DNA of 64,000 bases, taken from IMG/VR virus record IMGVR_UViG_3300025530_000275, positions 32,001-96,000 of that record; one strand, 5' to 3'. Numbering within the stretch: position 1 is the stretch's first letter; every line of letters starts with the position of its first letter. Shown here piece after piece: positions 9,747-19,567 of this stretch. The notes below the pieces were generated by a model. The model saw only the letters and a list, made by a program, of their open reading frames with translations, did not search any database and was not told the origin of the DNA. Source of the stretch: a virus. Both the position numbers and the translations under genes were made by a program.

Positions 9747-10742
9747 TTATTTTTCTTCATCTTCAGAAGTTATTTTAATAGCAGAATGAATTAGCCTCAC
9801 ATATGCATTATAGCAAGATTCGGCTACTCCCATTCTGGCTGAATTTATTGAATACACTATTCGATTATATTGCTCCCTGGCATTAACCATATTTTTTGTA
9901 ATTTGATTGGGGTCTTTGCCCTCTTCGCGTTTATCGGGTTTATTAGGATCATCAGATCCAGAAGGTTGCTCTTGTTTATCCACTGTATTAGACGTTACCG
10001 GACCATCTTGTTCAAGCAACATATTGACAGTATCCAGAAATTCATTACTTTCTCTAAATACTGCTGATCTTATTTTTCTTATAGAGTTATTTAAAAATTC
10101 GATAATTTTATTATTTCTAGTATTTATACTTCTGGCAAGTTCCGCATAACTTTCAACATATTTAACCATGTTAGGATATTGTTCCAGGAACATCTTCTTA
10201 TTCATTACAACTTTTTTAGTCCCACCCTGGAATACTGCCTTAGGGTTAAATTCTGTTTTACCATCTTCAGTTATATAGAGATCTTTAAAATATTTCTGCT
10301 TGAATGATTCAACATCCTTAAGCTCTTCCAGAAATTCAGGAGTTTCCCTAAACTCTGGAAATCTATAATTCCTTAGTTTATCTTCGCCCCTCCAATAAGG
10401 ATAAACTTCGGCTTTGAAATTATCTGGGACTTTATCCCCAATGGCAGATTTTGCTTTAACTTTTGCCAACCAAGCTTTATTTTTTGTAATAAGTTTATTT
10501 GCAAGAGTTATGAATTTGCGGGATAGAGCTGTAATTGCGGCAATCAATTTCTTTAATGCTTCTATAAGAATATTTTTATTATTCTCAGTAGCTTCAGTTA
10601 TAAATAAGTGATCCGAAAAGTTTTCTTTTAAGTATACATTATTGAATAAATTTTCAGTTTCTCGTATAATTTCTCTTGTAATTTCAGAGAAATTTTCTAT
10701 GCCATATGAATTATCTGAATGGGTAATAATTATCTCGCTCAT
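9747..10742 (-). CDS. internal head (virion) protein
   Basis: Candidate hydrophobic-x-E cleavage sites (IRE, LKE, ITE-A, FRE-S, LLE-Q) and amphipathic helix shared with neighbouring paralogs. Confidence 0.6.
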   Translation of the reverse strand: MSEIIITHSDNSYGIENFSEITREIIRETENLFNNVYLKENFSDHLFITEATENNKNILIEALKKLIAAITALSRKFITLANKLITKNKAWLAKVKAKSAIGDKVPDNFKAEVYPYWRGEDKLRNYRFPEFRETPEFLEELKDVESFKQKYFKDLYITEDGKTEFNPKAVFQGGTKKVVMNKKMFLEQYPNMVKYVESYAELARSINTRNNKIIEFLNNSIRKIRSAVFRESNEFLDTVNMLLEQDGPVTSNTVDKQEQPSGSDDPNKPDKREEGKDPNQITKNMVNAREQYNRIVYSINSARMGVAESCYNAYVRLIHSAIKITSEDEEK

Positions 10743-10743
10743 A

Positions 10744-10884
10744 TCAGGACGCCCTCTCTTCTTTATTAGATCTTATAATACGAACCGGTTCAGGTTCTAT
10801 TGCAGTAATATTTAAATTATGAAGAGGTGCTATAATTAAAAGTGTACTAATAATGGAGATACTTCTGATCAATCTTTGCGTCAT
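10744..10884 (-). CDS. 46-aa peptide with signal-peptide-like N-terminus
   Basis: MTQRLIRSISIISTLLIIAPLHNLNITAIEPEPVRIIRSNKEERAS; RBS GGGGGA; fills the gap between two genes. Confidence 0.55.
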   Translation of the reverse strand: MTQRLIRSISIISTLLIIAPLHNLNITAIEPEPVRIIRSNKEERAS

Positions 10885-10899
10885 TCAAATTCCCCCATA

Positions 10900-11775
10900 T
10901 TACGCTGTACTGGAAATAAATCTCACTTCGTCAACGGGAATTTCTGTAGGGGAATCATAAAACTTACTTCTAGCTCTATGTGTGCAGCAGAAATATTTAC
11001 CATTTTTGGCATTCTTAAAGAAACTACATTCAACTTTTCCATATTTCTCTTTAACTGCTTCTCTTTCAGATGGCGTTAAGCTAACTTTTTCGATAGTGCC
11101 TTCAAAAAGAAATGATTGACTTTCCTGGATTTGTATTCTATTTAGAATACCCTTTTTGAGCATTTTATATTCATTAGTAGATTCAATAAAAAAGTCTTTT
11201 ATTCTTGTCACATTTTTAAAGATATCGTCCGGGATGTAGTTTTCATTAACCACATTTTCATTTTCATTAGAGTCTGGAATAAATTCTTCATGGTCTCTTT
11301 CAGCAGTTCCTTTATAAACCCCATAATACGTAGGGGTTGTTTTCAGATCCAACATTTTAATTGCCCCAAATCTATGGTTTCCATCTGTAAGGATTGCTTT
11401 TCCTTTAGATTGCCAGTTGAAACCATGTATCTTATTTACCACTATAAGTGGAGTTATATTACCTTTTTCCTCAATAGATTTTGCAATATCGAATACTTTT
11501 TTCATATTAAGAGGCTTATTAAAGGATTCAATTTTATCGACACTTAATTCCTTTTCTTTCCAATCATAGTTATTTACAAATTTAATACAGGATTTAACTG
11601 CCTTAATTTTCTTTTCAGGTGTGTTATATTCATGACTGCTAGAAAACCCGTAAGCGATAGCTTTCTTTATCTCATCGTCCCCGAAAGCTTCTTCGAACGC
11701 TTTAATCTTTCCATCTTTATCGGGGAGATAATATTCGTTAGGCATTGAGGCTTCTCTTAATAAATCGGTGAACAT
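10900..11775 (-). CDS. ParB/Srx-like domain protein, probably virion-packaged
   Basis: TPLIVV...ILTDGNHRFGA motif; leader MFTDLLRE-A; extra C-terminal domain THRARSKFYDS after VNE/FIE-S/IQE-S sites. Confidence 0.65.
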   Translation of the reverse strand: MFTDLLREASMPNEYYLPDKDGKIKAFEEAFGDDEIKKAIAYGFSSSHEYNTPEKKIKAVKSCIKFVNNYDWKEKELSVDKIESFNKPLNMKKVFDIAKSIEEKGNITPLIVVNKIHGFNWQSKGKAILTDGNHRFGAIKMLDLKTTPTYYGVYKGTAERDHEEFIPDSNENENVVNENYIPDDIFKNVTRIKDFFIESTNEYKMLKKGILNRIQIQESQSFLFEGTIEKVSLTPSEREAVKEKYGKVECSFFKNAKNGKYFCCTHRARSKFYDSPTEIPVDEVRFISSTA

Positions 11776-11829
11776 ATGACTTAACCATCCTTTCTTAATT
11801 GTAAATTATTTCTTAATATTTTTACCGTG

Positions 11830-12783
11830 TTAAACTACTAAACTTATAATCTTTTTCAATATTTCAGTTTCCATATTGTATTTATCTTTAAGTGCATCTA
11901 ATTTCTCTTTAAATACCACAGAATATGATTCCATTATTTGAGATATAAATGAAACAATCAGTGCCTGGTATTCTTTATGTCTATTTGCAGTTGCAATATC
12001 TACCACAACTTTTTCCCCTTTATCACTCTTCAAAGATGCCCCAAGAGAATCAACATCAAATTTAACGTTTATCACATTCAATGCAATTTTTACATATTTA
12101 TCATATTCTCTTAGAATATTATCTCTATCAGCTTCAATCATTTTCTTAACATCTTTATATTTTATAAAGTCATCAATCATTCTATTAAGGTCTCTCTTGG
12201 TAAGTTCTTTTACAAATACTTCATCGGAACCCCTGAATATGGATTTAATTCTGGAAGCGAATTCATATTGAGGTACCTTCTCAGAGACTCCTATTATTTT
12301 TCCTCTAATCAGATCCAATTGTTCGGTGTAAATATATTTAAAATTTTCAATATCTGCCGTAGTTATCTTTAATTTGGAAAGATTTGTTATGGATTTCTGA
12401 ATTATATTAAAATAACCATATGACGGCACATTTTTAGGAAAGTTAAATTCCTTATATTCATATACGATATTTTTCAAATCCTCATCGGTTAAATTTTTAA
12501 TGAACCCTGAGTATTTATTCAAAATATACTCGATATAATCAGTTTTCTTCATAAATAAAGAAATAAATTTTTCATACAAATACTTTATAAATTTCACTAT
12601 CTTTTGAGCTACGATATTTATAGCATCAATAAATGCTGATTCGTTGACGATGTTTGAACTTTCAATCATGTAGCTATTTATGATAGATTGGGTCTCAAAT
12701 GCGGATTCTAAAATTTCAGTAATCTCATCAGAAATATTCTCTTTAATAGACTCCTCGATTATGGCATCCGAAAATAATCTCAT
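11830..12783 (-). CDS. internal head protein paralog
   Basis: Repeated xxE-S sites in first 50 aa then KIVKFIKYLYEKFISLF amphipathic helix. Confidence 0.6.
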   Translation of the reverse strand: MRLFSDAIIEESIKENISDEITEILESAFETQSIINSYMIESSNIVNESAFIDAINIVAQKIVKFIKYLYEKFISLFMKKTDYIEYILNKYSGFIKNLTDEDLKNIVYEYKEFNFPKNVPSYGYFNIIQKSITNLSKLKITTADIENFKYIYTEQLDLIRGKIIGVSEKVPQYEFASRIKSIFRGSDEVFVKELTKRDLNRMIDDFIKYKDVKKMIEADRDNILREYDKYVKIALNVINVKFDVDSLGASLKSDKGEKVVVDIATANRHKEYQALIVSFISQIMESYSVVFKEKLDALKDKYNMETEILKKIISLVV

Positions 12784-12919
12784 TTTTTATATCCCTACCC
12801 TCAATTTGTTATATAGACATTTATTTAACGTTGTTTTTAATTTATAAGTATTATTCGTAATTGTGAAGGAAAAAAATAATATTAATTGTAGGTTTACTTA
12901 TGTAAAATAAAAACAAAAC

Positions 12920-12947
12920 GCGAGTAGTTCCGTAAGGAACTACTCGC
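12920..12947 (-). terminator. rho-independent terminator
   Basis: GCGAGTAGTTCC/GGAACTACTCGC stem with T-rich tail on minus strand. Confidence 0.8.
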
Positions 12948-12968
12948 TCGAATGAGGGGAGATGTGAA

Positions 12969-14111
12969 TCAGAATACGAAACCGTTTGCGCTTTCACCGA
13001 TTTGGTCTTCGTCGTCATCTTCCACATCTTCAATATTTTCAAAGAGCGGATCGAACGGAATCACAGCAGCGCTTTCATTTACCGGCTTCTTGTAGCGAGC
13101 AGCGTACATACAGAATGCACGAGCTTCGCTCAGTTGACGTTTCAGAGTGTTCAGCTTCAGGCTGAGCAGCTCAGCGAACACATCAGCAATTGCCGAAGTT
13201 CTCTTGCGAAGGTAGTTGAGATATGCGATCTTGCCGGATGCGAATTTGGCATTGGCGCCATCACCACCGGAACCTTCCTTCTTCGCATACTGAGCTTTTT
13301 GGGAGAGATAATCAACAAGCTTTTTAAATTCGCCTTTGGTCTTCTCCATAATGCTCTTGATATTGCCAGCATTGGCCGAATAATTTTCGATGACTTTGAA
13401 ATAGTCCATAGAGAATGTTTTCGTGGTCTTCTTTCCGCCGCCCAGGAGAGCGAGGCGCAGAGCATCTTTGTACTTGCCCCAATCTTTGGTTTCCGAGATG
13501 TTCACACGAGTCAAGCGGTTTGCAATATCGATCTTCTCAAAGTCGATAGCAGCACGCTTATCTTCGTTGTACTTCTGAACAATTTGGTCCAGTTTGTCTT
13601 TGTTCTGAGCATTGTACTCGGTGCGTGCTTCTGCTTCAATGTCGCTGAGGACAGTTTTCACATTGTCGATGTTGATCACGTCCGGCTTGTAGTCGTATGA
13701 CGTCATCGTAATCTTCGCCATATCCTGAGCCGACAGATTCTTCTTCTCAACTTCCGGCTTGATTTTCTCGATGAACTTCTTGTTGCTTGTCAACAGAGTG
13801 GCGATGAAGTTGACAGCCGAATCAACTATTTTCACAATCCACTCCCACAGACGCTTCAGAGCGGCGACAATCTTGTTGCCGACATGATCGTTTGCTTGTT
13901 CGAGGACCATGATGACGTTGTCATCAACAGAACCTGCACTTTCTTGCAGGGCCTCCGTCATCAGTCCGCGATACGACTGGATGAGAGTGTCGATTGTGGA
14001 ATCCGCCTCGCCAAGATATGCGGAGAACTCTTGCGCATCGAACGCAGAGCTCAATTGCAGTTGAGGTGCGGACTGTGTCGAACCTTCAAAAAGATCCTTG
14101 AACATTTGCAT
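12969..14111 (-). CDS. abundant internal head protein (phiKZ internal-protein-like)
   Basis: LKRLWEWIVKIV helix, MTE-A/LQE-S/VLE-Q/VNE-S sites, own late promoter, strong RBS and terminator, GC-richer codon usage. Confidence 0.65.
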   Translation of the reverse strand: MQMFKDLFEGSTQSAPQLQLSSAFDAQEFSAYLGEADSTIDTLIQSYRGLMTEALQESAGSVDDNVIMVLEQANDHVGNKIVAALKRLWEWIVKIVDSAVNFIATLLTSNKKFIEKIKPEVEKKNLSAQDMAKITMTSYDYKPDVINIDNVKTVLSDIEAEARTEYNAQNKDKLDQIVQKYNEDKRAAIDFEKIDIANRLTRVNISETKDWGKYKDALRLALLGGGKKTTKTFSMDYFKVIENYSANAGNIKSIMEKTKGEFKKLVDYLSQKAQYAKKEGSGGDGANAKFASGKIAYLNYLRKRTSAIADVFAELLSLKLNTLKRQLSEARAFCMYAARYKKPVNESAAVIPFDPLFENIEDVEDDDEDQIGESANGFVF

Positions 14112-14144
14112 TTCCTCCTTAATATTGTTTGGAATGATTTTCCT

Positions 14145-14156
14145 TATACCTATGTT
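14145..14156 (-). promoter_or_regulatory. late-type promoter AACA-N6-TA
   Basis: AACATAGGTATA. Confidence 0.65.
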
Positions 14157-14193
14157 ACAAGGAAACTGTGGATAGTATTACAATTGGATGTTA

Positions 14194-15288
14194 TTAATTA
14201 TCTTGATTATTTAAAAGAATTATCCAGTGTCCATTTAGTAATTCAGAATGTTTTTCCAGAATCTTTTCATTATTATGAGGGTTGATAATACCCTCCTTAC
14301 TTTCATGATCTTCAGAAATTGTTTCATATCCTCCAATAATGACTTTTCTATAATTGATGCACATTTGTTCGAACAGAGCCAGTTTCATCTTAATAATATC
14401 TTCTATAATTTCAAGACATTTTGTAATCAGATTACATTTGATAACCAAGGCGTTTGTATATACGCTATCCAAATATACATTAGTGTATTTATTAGAAATT
14501 TCTACTTTAAAGGAATTAGCTTCAAATATTTCTTTTTGTATCAAATTAATTATTTTATCAATAGGTTTAGTATCAATGTAGGATTCCCTGAGAGTTCTGA
14601 ATATCTCATCTCCAATTCTTTTAATTTGGAGGTTATTTTCTTTAACAAGGGAATTTTTGATAACTTCTTTTATATTTAAAATATTATAAGAATTCGGCAC
14701 TCCTAATGCAACTCGTTTCAATGTTTCTTCATACTCATGAGAATTATTTTCATATCTATTGACTATGCCGATCATAGCCTCGGGCGAAACACTATTATTT
14801 CCATAAATATTAAAACCAATTTTATTGAAGATATAGTCAATTACTCTATTATAAACGTCATCCGGCTCCAAGTTATCCAGAGTATATTCAGGAATTTGAT
14901 AACTCCATTTATGTCTGTCAAGGCGTTTCAGAAGAGGTTCATAAATTTCAATGACCTCTTTATTGACGTTCTTCAGGAAGTCCATTTCTTCCATAATAAT
15001 ATTTTTATAGATAATCAGAACGTCTATGCTAGATTCATATGTTTTAACTATATCGTCTAAGGTTTCGACACAATGTGCCTTCAGATCAGATTGCACATAT
15101 TCATTGTATACATAATTTGATTCGCGCAAGGAATTTTCTATAGTAGAATTATATTTTTCCATAGATTTACCAAACTCTATGCCAGATTCAGAGAGAAGTG
15201 AATTGAAATAATTTTTATTTTTTTGAATATTAATGGCTAATGTATCCCTTTTCATAGTCTTTCTCTCTAAAGTGAACAAAATAATCAT
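14194..15288 (-). CDS. virion structural protein (putative)
   Basis: 364 aa in head cluster; LSE-S, LRE-S sites; late promoter upstream. Confidence 0.55.
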   Translation of the reverse strand: MIILFTLERKTMKRDTLAINIQKNKNYFNSLLSESGIEFGKSMEKYNSTIENSLRESNYVYNEYVQSDLKAHCVETLDDIVKTYESSIDVLIIYKNIIMEEMDFLKNVNKEVIEIYEPLLKRLDRHKWSYQIPEYTLDNLEPDDVYNRVIDYIFNKIGFNIYGNNSVSPEAMIGIVNRYENNSHEYEETLKRVALGVPNSYNILNIKEVIKNSLVKENNLQIKRIGDEIFRTLRESYIDTKPIDKIINLIQKEIFEANSFKVEISNKYTNVYLDSVYTNALVIKCNLITKCLEIIEDIIKMKLALFEQMCINYRKVIIGGYETISEDHESKEGIINPHNNEKILEKHSELLNGHWIILLNNQDN

Positions 15289-15305
15289 CCTCCAGTATTA
15301 ATTAT

Positions 15306-15317
15306 TATAAAACTGTT
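15306..15317 (-). promoter_or_regulatory. late-type promoter AACA-N6-TA
   Basis: AACAGTTTTATA. Confidence 0.65.
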
Positions 15318-15355
15318 TTTCAAATGAAAAAAGGATACTCTTTTATGAGCATCCT

Positions 15356-16528
15356 TTAATGTATGATTCCATCATCATTATCCTCATACCAGAAGACATT
15401 ATCGTTATAATGAAGATCGTCCGGCTGTTCAAATACCCAACTCAGATTATCAATTTCGCTTTTTAGATGTATAAATACTTCAGCGTGCATTGTCGCAAAA
15501 ACTTGTATTATTGACATCTGATATTCAATCAGTTTTACTATCTTACCCAAGGCGGAATTTAGATTTTCAATTGTTTTTCTATCCAAAGAAGAATCCATAG
15601 ATCTATTTGTATTTATATCAAATTGTAATCTATTTATATGCGTTTGAAATTCTTTCTGTACATTATCAAGGGATTCGGGTAACGTCTTTTGTATCCATTT
15701 CGCAAAAACTTCACATTCATAATCTATCTTCTCAAGTTTTCTTGTAAGCTCTAATAAAAAAGTTGTAGTTACTTCTTTGGTTATTACATCACCATACAAT
15801 TTTTTAAATACCTGCTTCTTATCATATTCTACAGATAAAGATTTTTTAAATATTTTATCAAAAAAGTTTTTCTTTTGAAGTAGTTCATCTGTTGATATTA
15901 TTTCTTCATGCTTGGATGGATCATTTTTTAGCCGATCTATATAATCAGATATGGTTTTATATACCTTCATAAATCCTTCTTCAAAGAAGTTCTCCCTTTT
16001 AAATATGTGCTCAAATAATGTCACTTCATGCCTTTCTGGTATATATTCTATGGCCCCCGAATCTCGCCTATAAAACTCTTCATCATCAACGGGTTCATGT
16101 GATGGTTCGGGTTCAGGCGGAATATCTTTTACCTTAGTTTCAGTATTAACTCTTTTAACTTCTTTAGGTTTATTATAGGATGGTGCCTTTCTACCACTTT
16201 CAACTTTTTTAGCAGCAGTCCTTGCATCGCGGACTGTCTGTTTTGTCCCCTTTCTAATCCCAGAAAATTTACTAGCTATAAATCTAACAAATTGCATTAT
16301 TTTATCCCTAAGCCATCTTAATACTCTTTTAATAGTTTCAAGTAAAGATCTTTTTGTATTATTCATACTAACTTCCATTATATAGTTAATATCAGAAGTT
16401 AAAGAACTTGAAAGCATAGTGGTAAAATCTATATAGGAGTGCTCATATAGTGGAGAGAAATCCTGTGACTGTATATCTTGAAGCGAATATCCCTCCTTAA
16501 TAAAACGAAGTTTCTTTTGTATGTCCAT
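15356..16528 (-). CDS. internal head protein paralog (EGYSL leader family)
   Basis: MDIQKKLRFIKEGYSLQDI leader; IKRVLRWLRDKIMQFVRFIASKF helix. Confidence 0.65.
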   Translation of the reverse strand: MDIQKKLRFIKEGYSLQDIQSQDFSPLYEHSYIDFTTMLSSSLTSDINYIMEVSMNNTKRSLLETIKRVLRWLRDKIMQFVRFIASKFSGIRKGTKQTVRDARTAAKKVESGRKAPSYNKPKEVKRVNTETKVKDIPPEPEPSHEPVDDEEFYRRDSGAIEYIPERHEVTLFEHIFKRENFFEEGFMKVYKTISDYIDRLKNDPSKHEEIISTDELLQKKNFFDKIFKKSLSVEYDKKQVFKKLYGDVITKEVTTTFLLELTRKLEKIDYECEVFAKWIQKTLPESLDNVQKEFQTHINRLQFDINTNRSMDSSLDRKTIENLNSALGKIVKLIEYQMSIIQVFATMHAEVFIHLKSEIDNLSWVFEQPDDLHYNDNVFWYEDNDDGIIH

Positions 16529-16569
16529 ATATTAAACTCCTTTGAAAATAAATATCAAACTGAAGCTTT

Positions 16570-16812
16570 TTACTGCAAACCTTTAGCCCTGAGTTCATAA
16601 ATACGTTCCTCTAACCTGTCAATTTTCTCTAAACATCTTTTTTTCTCCATAGGATCTTTTGCTACAAGAGCTCTTGTTTTTTCAGCATCCAGTTCCTTTT
16701 TGAGTCTATATAATTCTTCAAACTCCTCTTTAGATAGTGCCATTTCTTCAATATATACATTTTCATAAGTTCCTTCCAAGATACTTTTAAGCTTTTCTTT
16801 AATAGAGCTCAT
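16570..16812 (-). CDS. small coiled-coil virion protein (putative)
   Basis: MSSIKEKLKSILEG leader resembles EGYSL family; RBS GAGGTG. Confidence 0.6.
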   Translation of the reverse strand: MSSIKEKLKSILEGTYENVYIEEMALSKEEFEELYRLKKELDAEKTRALVAKDPMEKKRCLEKIDRLEERIYELRAKGLQ

Positions 16813-16918
16813 TACATTCTCACCTCATTTATTTCTTATATAAATGTCTCAAATCAAAAGAAAACTGAGAGCCAAATTTTTTATGGCTCTCAGTCATTTT
16901 TATTAATTTATACACACA

Positions 16919-17368
16919 TCAAAATTTCCCATTAAGATATTTTACAACTTCATCAAGAGTTTTACACCATTTTGCACCATTAGATTGAACCATCATACCT
17001 ACTGAATTTAAAGAGCTTATTTGGTGATCATTAAATTTTAATTCTTTACCTTTAACATTATCAGTTAATAAATAGCAAAAAATTGTTTTATTAGGACGTT
17101 TGTTACTATCGTCAACTACTTCAGCTATGCTATAAACACCAGACATGGCTGGTGTTATTACATAAAGAAGATAGTCTGCAATGGATCTCATTTCAATTTC
17201 TTTTTGTTTGCATTCATCTGTCCAATTATCTACTATAGGATTGAAGTAATCTATTTTGAGTTCAGGTATAATTTTGTCTCTCCAAGTAGAACCATTGGCT
17301 GTTCCACCAAGAAAAACCAGCTTCTTCCTACCTGAGATCTTTTCAAAAATATCTGTAAACATGATCAA
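16919..17368 (-). CDS. nucleoside 2-deoxyribosyltransferase-like protein
   Basis: VFLGGTANGSTWRD...IDYFNPIVDNW...E...LYVITP..SGVYSIAE, typical of Nuc_deoxyri_tr2 family. Confidence 0.75.
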   Translation of the reverse strand: MIMFTDIFEKISGRKKLVFLGGTANGSTWRDKIIPELKIDYFNPIVDNWTDECKQKEIEMRSIADYLLYVITPAMSGVYSIAEVVDDSNKRPNKTIFCYLLTDNVKGKELKFNDHQISSLNSVGMMVQSNGAKWCKTLDEVVKYLNGKF

Positions 17369-18360
17369 AATAACATAATGTCTTCTGGGGTTAATTTAAC
17401 TTTAGATTCAATTTCAGCTTGCTTCTCACCTTTTTCATAGGTGAATGCAAACTTGTCTGATAGTTTGGTAAGCTTATCAGCAAACCATTTTTGGATTTTA
17501 TACGTTCTACTATCTTTACTTACGCCTTTATTTCTCAAGGCCTCAAGATTGCCATTAATCAAATTTGCCTGAATTGCAAACGCTTCGCTTAATTGCAATC
17601 TTGTATAATAGAAGAGATAAATCAGTTCTTTTACGATAGGAATAAATTTGAGGAGGGCAATGATACCAAAAATAATGAGTCCGGTCGTCAACGCTACGGA
17701 CTCGCTGATAGGACGCGCATTTTGTTTCATATAAAGCTGCATTGCTTTGTCGAACGTTCCGTTTTCTACTTGTTCATTAAAGCGTTTCAGAGCATCGATC
17801 ATAAGATAACTATTGTGTCTTCTATATTTATTATTAATAATGATATCCACATTTTCGGTAGTTTTAGACTGATCTCCACTGAGGCCTGCATTGATAAAGT
17901 CCACAAGAACTGAGATCATCAACGAAGTAGCGCAATATACGGCCATTGTGAGAAGATTGTACGTCATTATAATAGGGGAATTCTTCCGAACAAACCCTGT
18001 ATAGAAAGTATCCTCATATTTGATGATATTATCTACTGCTTTCGAGATAATACCAATTTCAGGGATGTTTTGTTTCGAGTCTTTTGCAATATTAGACAGA
18101 AGTTCCAAAGATGATACGAGGTTGTCATACTCCCTCATATTTCTGATTTTACCCATTGACTTTGGAATCATTTCGAAGTTTATAGACTTATAGCGCTCCG
18201 CAATGATTATATAGATTTGGTCAATGAGTCCTTTGCTTATTGAGACTTTATCAGCCTCAGTAAGAGTCATATATTTGTGCATAGTAAGAGAACCAGAGTA
18301 ATTCTCTTTAATCAACGAGTATAGATCGAGTTCCTCTCTTGTGAGATGCATTATATTCAC
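17365..18360 (-). CDS. virion structural protein with hydrophobic segments
   Basis: IKE-N, LTE-A, ISE-S sites; hydrophobic VALTTGLIIFGIIALLKFIPIV. Confidence 0.55.
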   Translation of the reverse strand: MNIMHLTREELDLYSLIKENYSGSLTMHKYMTLTEADKVSISKGLIDQIYIIIAERYKSINFEMIPKSMGKIRNMREYDNLVSSLELLSNIAKDSKQNIPEIGIISKAVDNIIKYEDTFYTGFVRKNSPIIMTYNLLTMAVYCATSLMISVLVDFINAGLSGDQSKTTENVDIIINNKYRRHNSYLMIDALKRFNEQVENGTFDKAMQLYMKQNARPISESVALTTGLIIFGIIALLKFIPIVKELIYLFYYTRLQLSEAFAIQANLINGNLEALRNKGVSKDSRTYKIQKWFADKLTKLSDKFAFTYEKGEKQAEIESKVKLTPEDIMLF

Positions 18361-18365
18361 CCCTC

Positions 18366-19484
18366 TTAGACACGTCCCATTGCGCGAATCATCTCACGCA
18401 ACGTTTTGTCTTGGTTGTTTGCTTCTCGTTCCAGTGTCCTATATGGATATTCTTGAAAATCCGGATAGGCATCAAACATCACGTATGCGATTTCATTTGT
18501 TTGGTCTAGAATTGTAAATCCTAAGAGATAGTATTGATTCATAATTTTTCTAGCTTCCTTGAATACATCAACGTCATATTGGTTTTTCAGAATATTGACC
18601 TCATTCATAGTCAATACAATGGTACCAATAGGTTTATAATTATCTGCTACTGTGCCCCATGCAAGCTTTGCAAGGCGCCGTCTGCGTTTAAATGCATCGA
18701 GCCATGGAGACTTAGTTCTGTTTAACAAGTCCTCTTTAATATTCGAAATTCCAAAAAGAAAATCAATCAAGGACTTTTGTTCACCAGAAATATATTTAAC
18801 GAAATTTAAAAATCCTTTACTTTGATGTATGCTTCCTACAATATCCTTTACTAATACTTGAGTAGGCACTTTATGCATAACTGCTTTAATATGAACAGGA
18901 ATTTCTACAGTTGTATCCTTTACATTCAAAGGAATGATAACCGTAGTAGGAAGAACTTCATTTGCCTTTTTCCATTCATGGTCAACAGTAGCAGTTGCCG
19001 ATTGAGAAGCTGCCTTTTTCTTTTGAGCATGAATGTCAGCCTTTTCTACAGAAACTTTTGATCTCAAATTTTCTACAAATTCTTTAGCTGCATTATTTTC
19101 ATTTAAAATACCATAATTAATTCTCTCGGAAGCCGCTTCTAATTTAATACTAACTGAGCCGATATTGGCCGGTACACCAATATTCTGATGCACTTTAGAG
19201 AGATGTTCCTTGATGCCATACTCACTGTTTGACATATCCACAAAGGGAATGAGGGAAAATGCAGTTCTCGTGAATACAGCATAGTTCCTTTCAAACATCT
19301 TCATCAACATCATGAGTTCATCAGATGTAAGCTGCTCCGAGCAGGCAATAGGGAAAAAGTACGTAGATTCCGTGGATGCTTGTGATAGAGACTTAAACCT
19401 TTGCGTAAGAGTAATCTTCTTTGTCTTCAAAATGTTATCTTTAATAATTTTCCTACCGAGCATAATGATATCCTCGATAAACAT
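18366..19484 (-). CDS. virion structural protein (putative)
   Basis: 372 aa, first gene after late promoter, KLE-A and LNE-N sites. Confidence 0.55.
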   Translation of the reverse strand: MFIEDIIMLGRKIIKDNILKTKKITLTQRFKSLSQASTESTYFFPIACSEQLTSDELMMLMKMFERNYAVFTRTAFSLIPFVDMSNSEYGIKEHLSKVHQNIGVPANIGSVSIKLEAASERINYGILNENNAAKEFVENLRSKVSVEKADIHAQKKKAASQSATATVDHEWKKANEVLPTTVIIPLNVKDTTVEIPVHIKAVMHKVPTQVLVKDIVGSIHQSKGFLNFVKYISGEQKSLIDFLFGISNIKEDLLNRTKSPWLDAFKRRRRLAKLAWGTVADNYKPIGTIVLTMNEVNILKNQYDVDVFKEARKIMNQYYLLGFTILDQTNEIAYVMFDAYPDFQEYPYRTLEREANNQDKTLREMIRAMGRV

Positions 19485-19524
19485 AAGAGACTACACTCCC
19501 TCCAATGGTGTTATAAATTATTAT

Positions 19525-19536
19525 TATTAGTGTGTT
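19525..19536 (-). promoter_or_regulatory. late-type promoter AACA-N6-TA
   Basis: AACACACTAATA. Confidence 0.65.
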
Positions 19537-19567
19537 CAGAAGAGATTAATAGATTTAATTTTTTAAG

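Noticed and set aside
13002-13700. 232-aa plus-strand ORF
   Set aside because: Antisense to a gene with biased codons; no RBS or recognisable motifs
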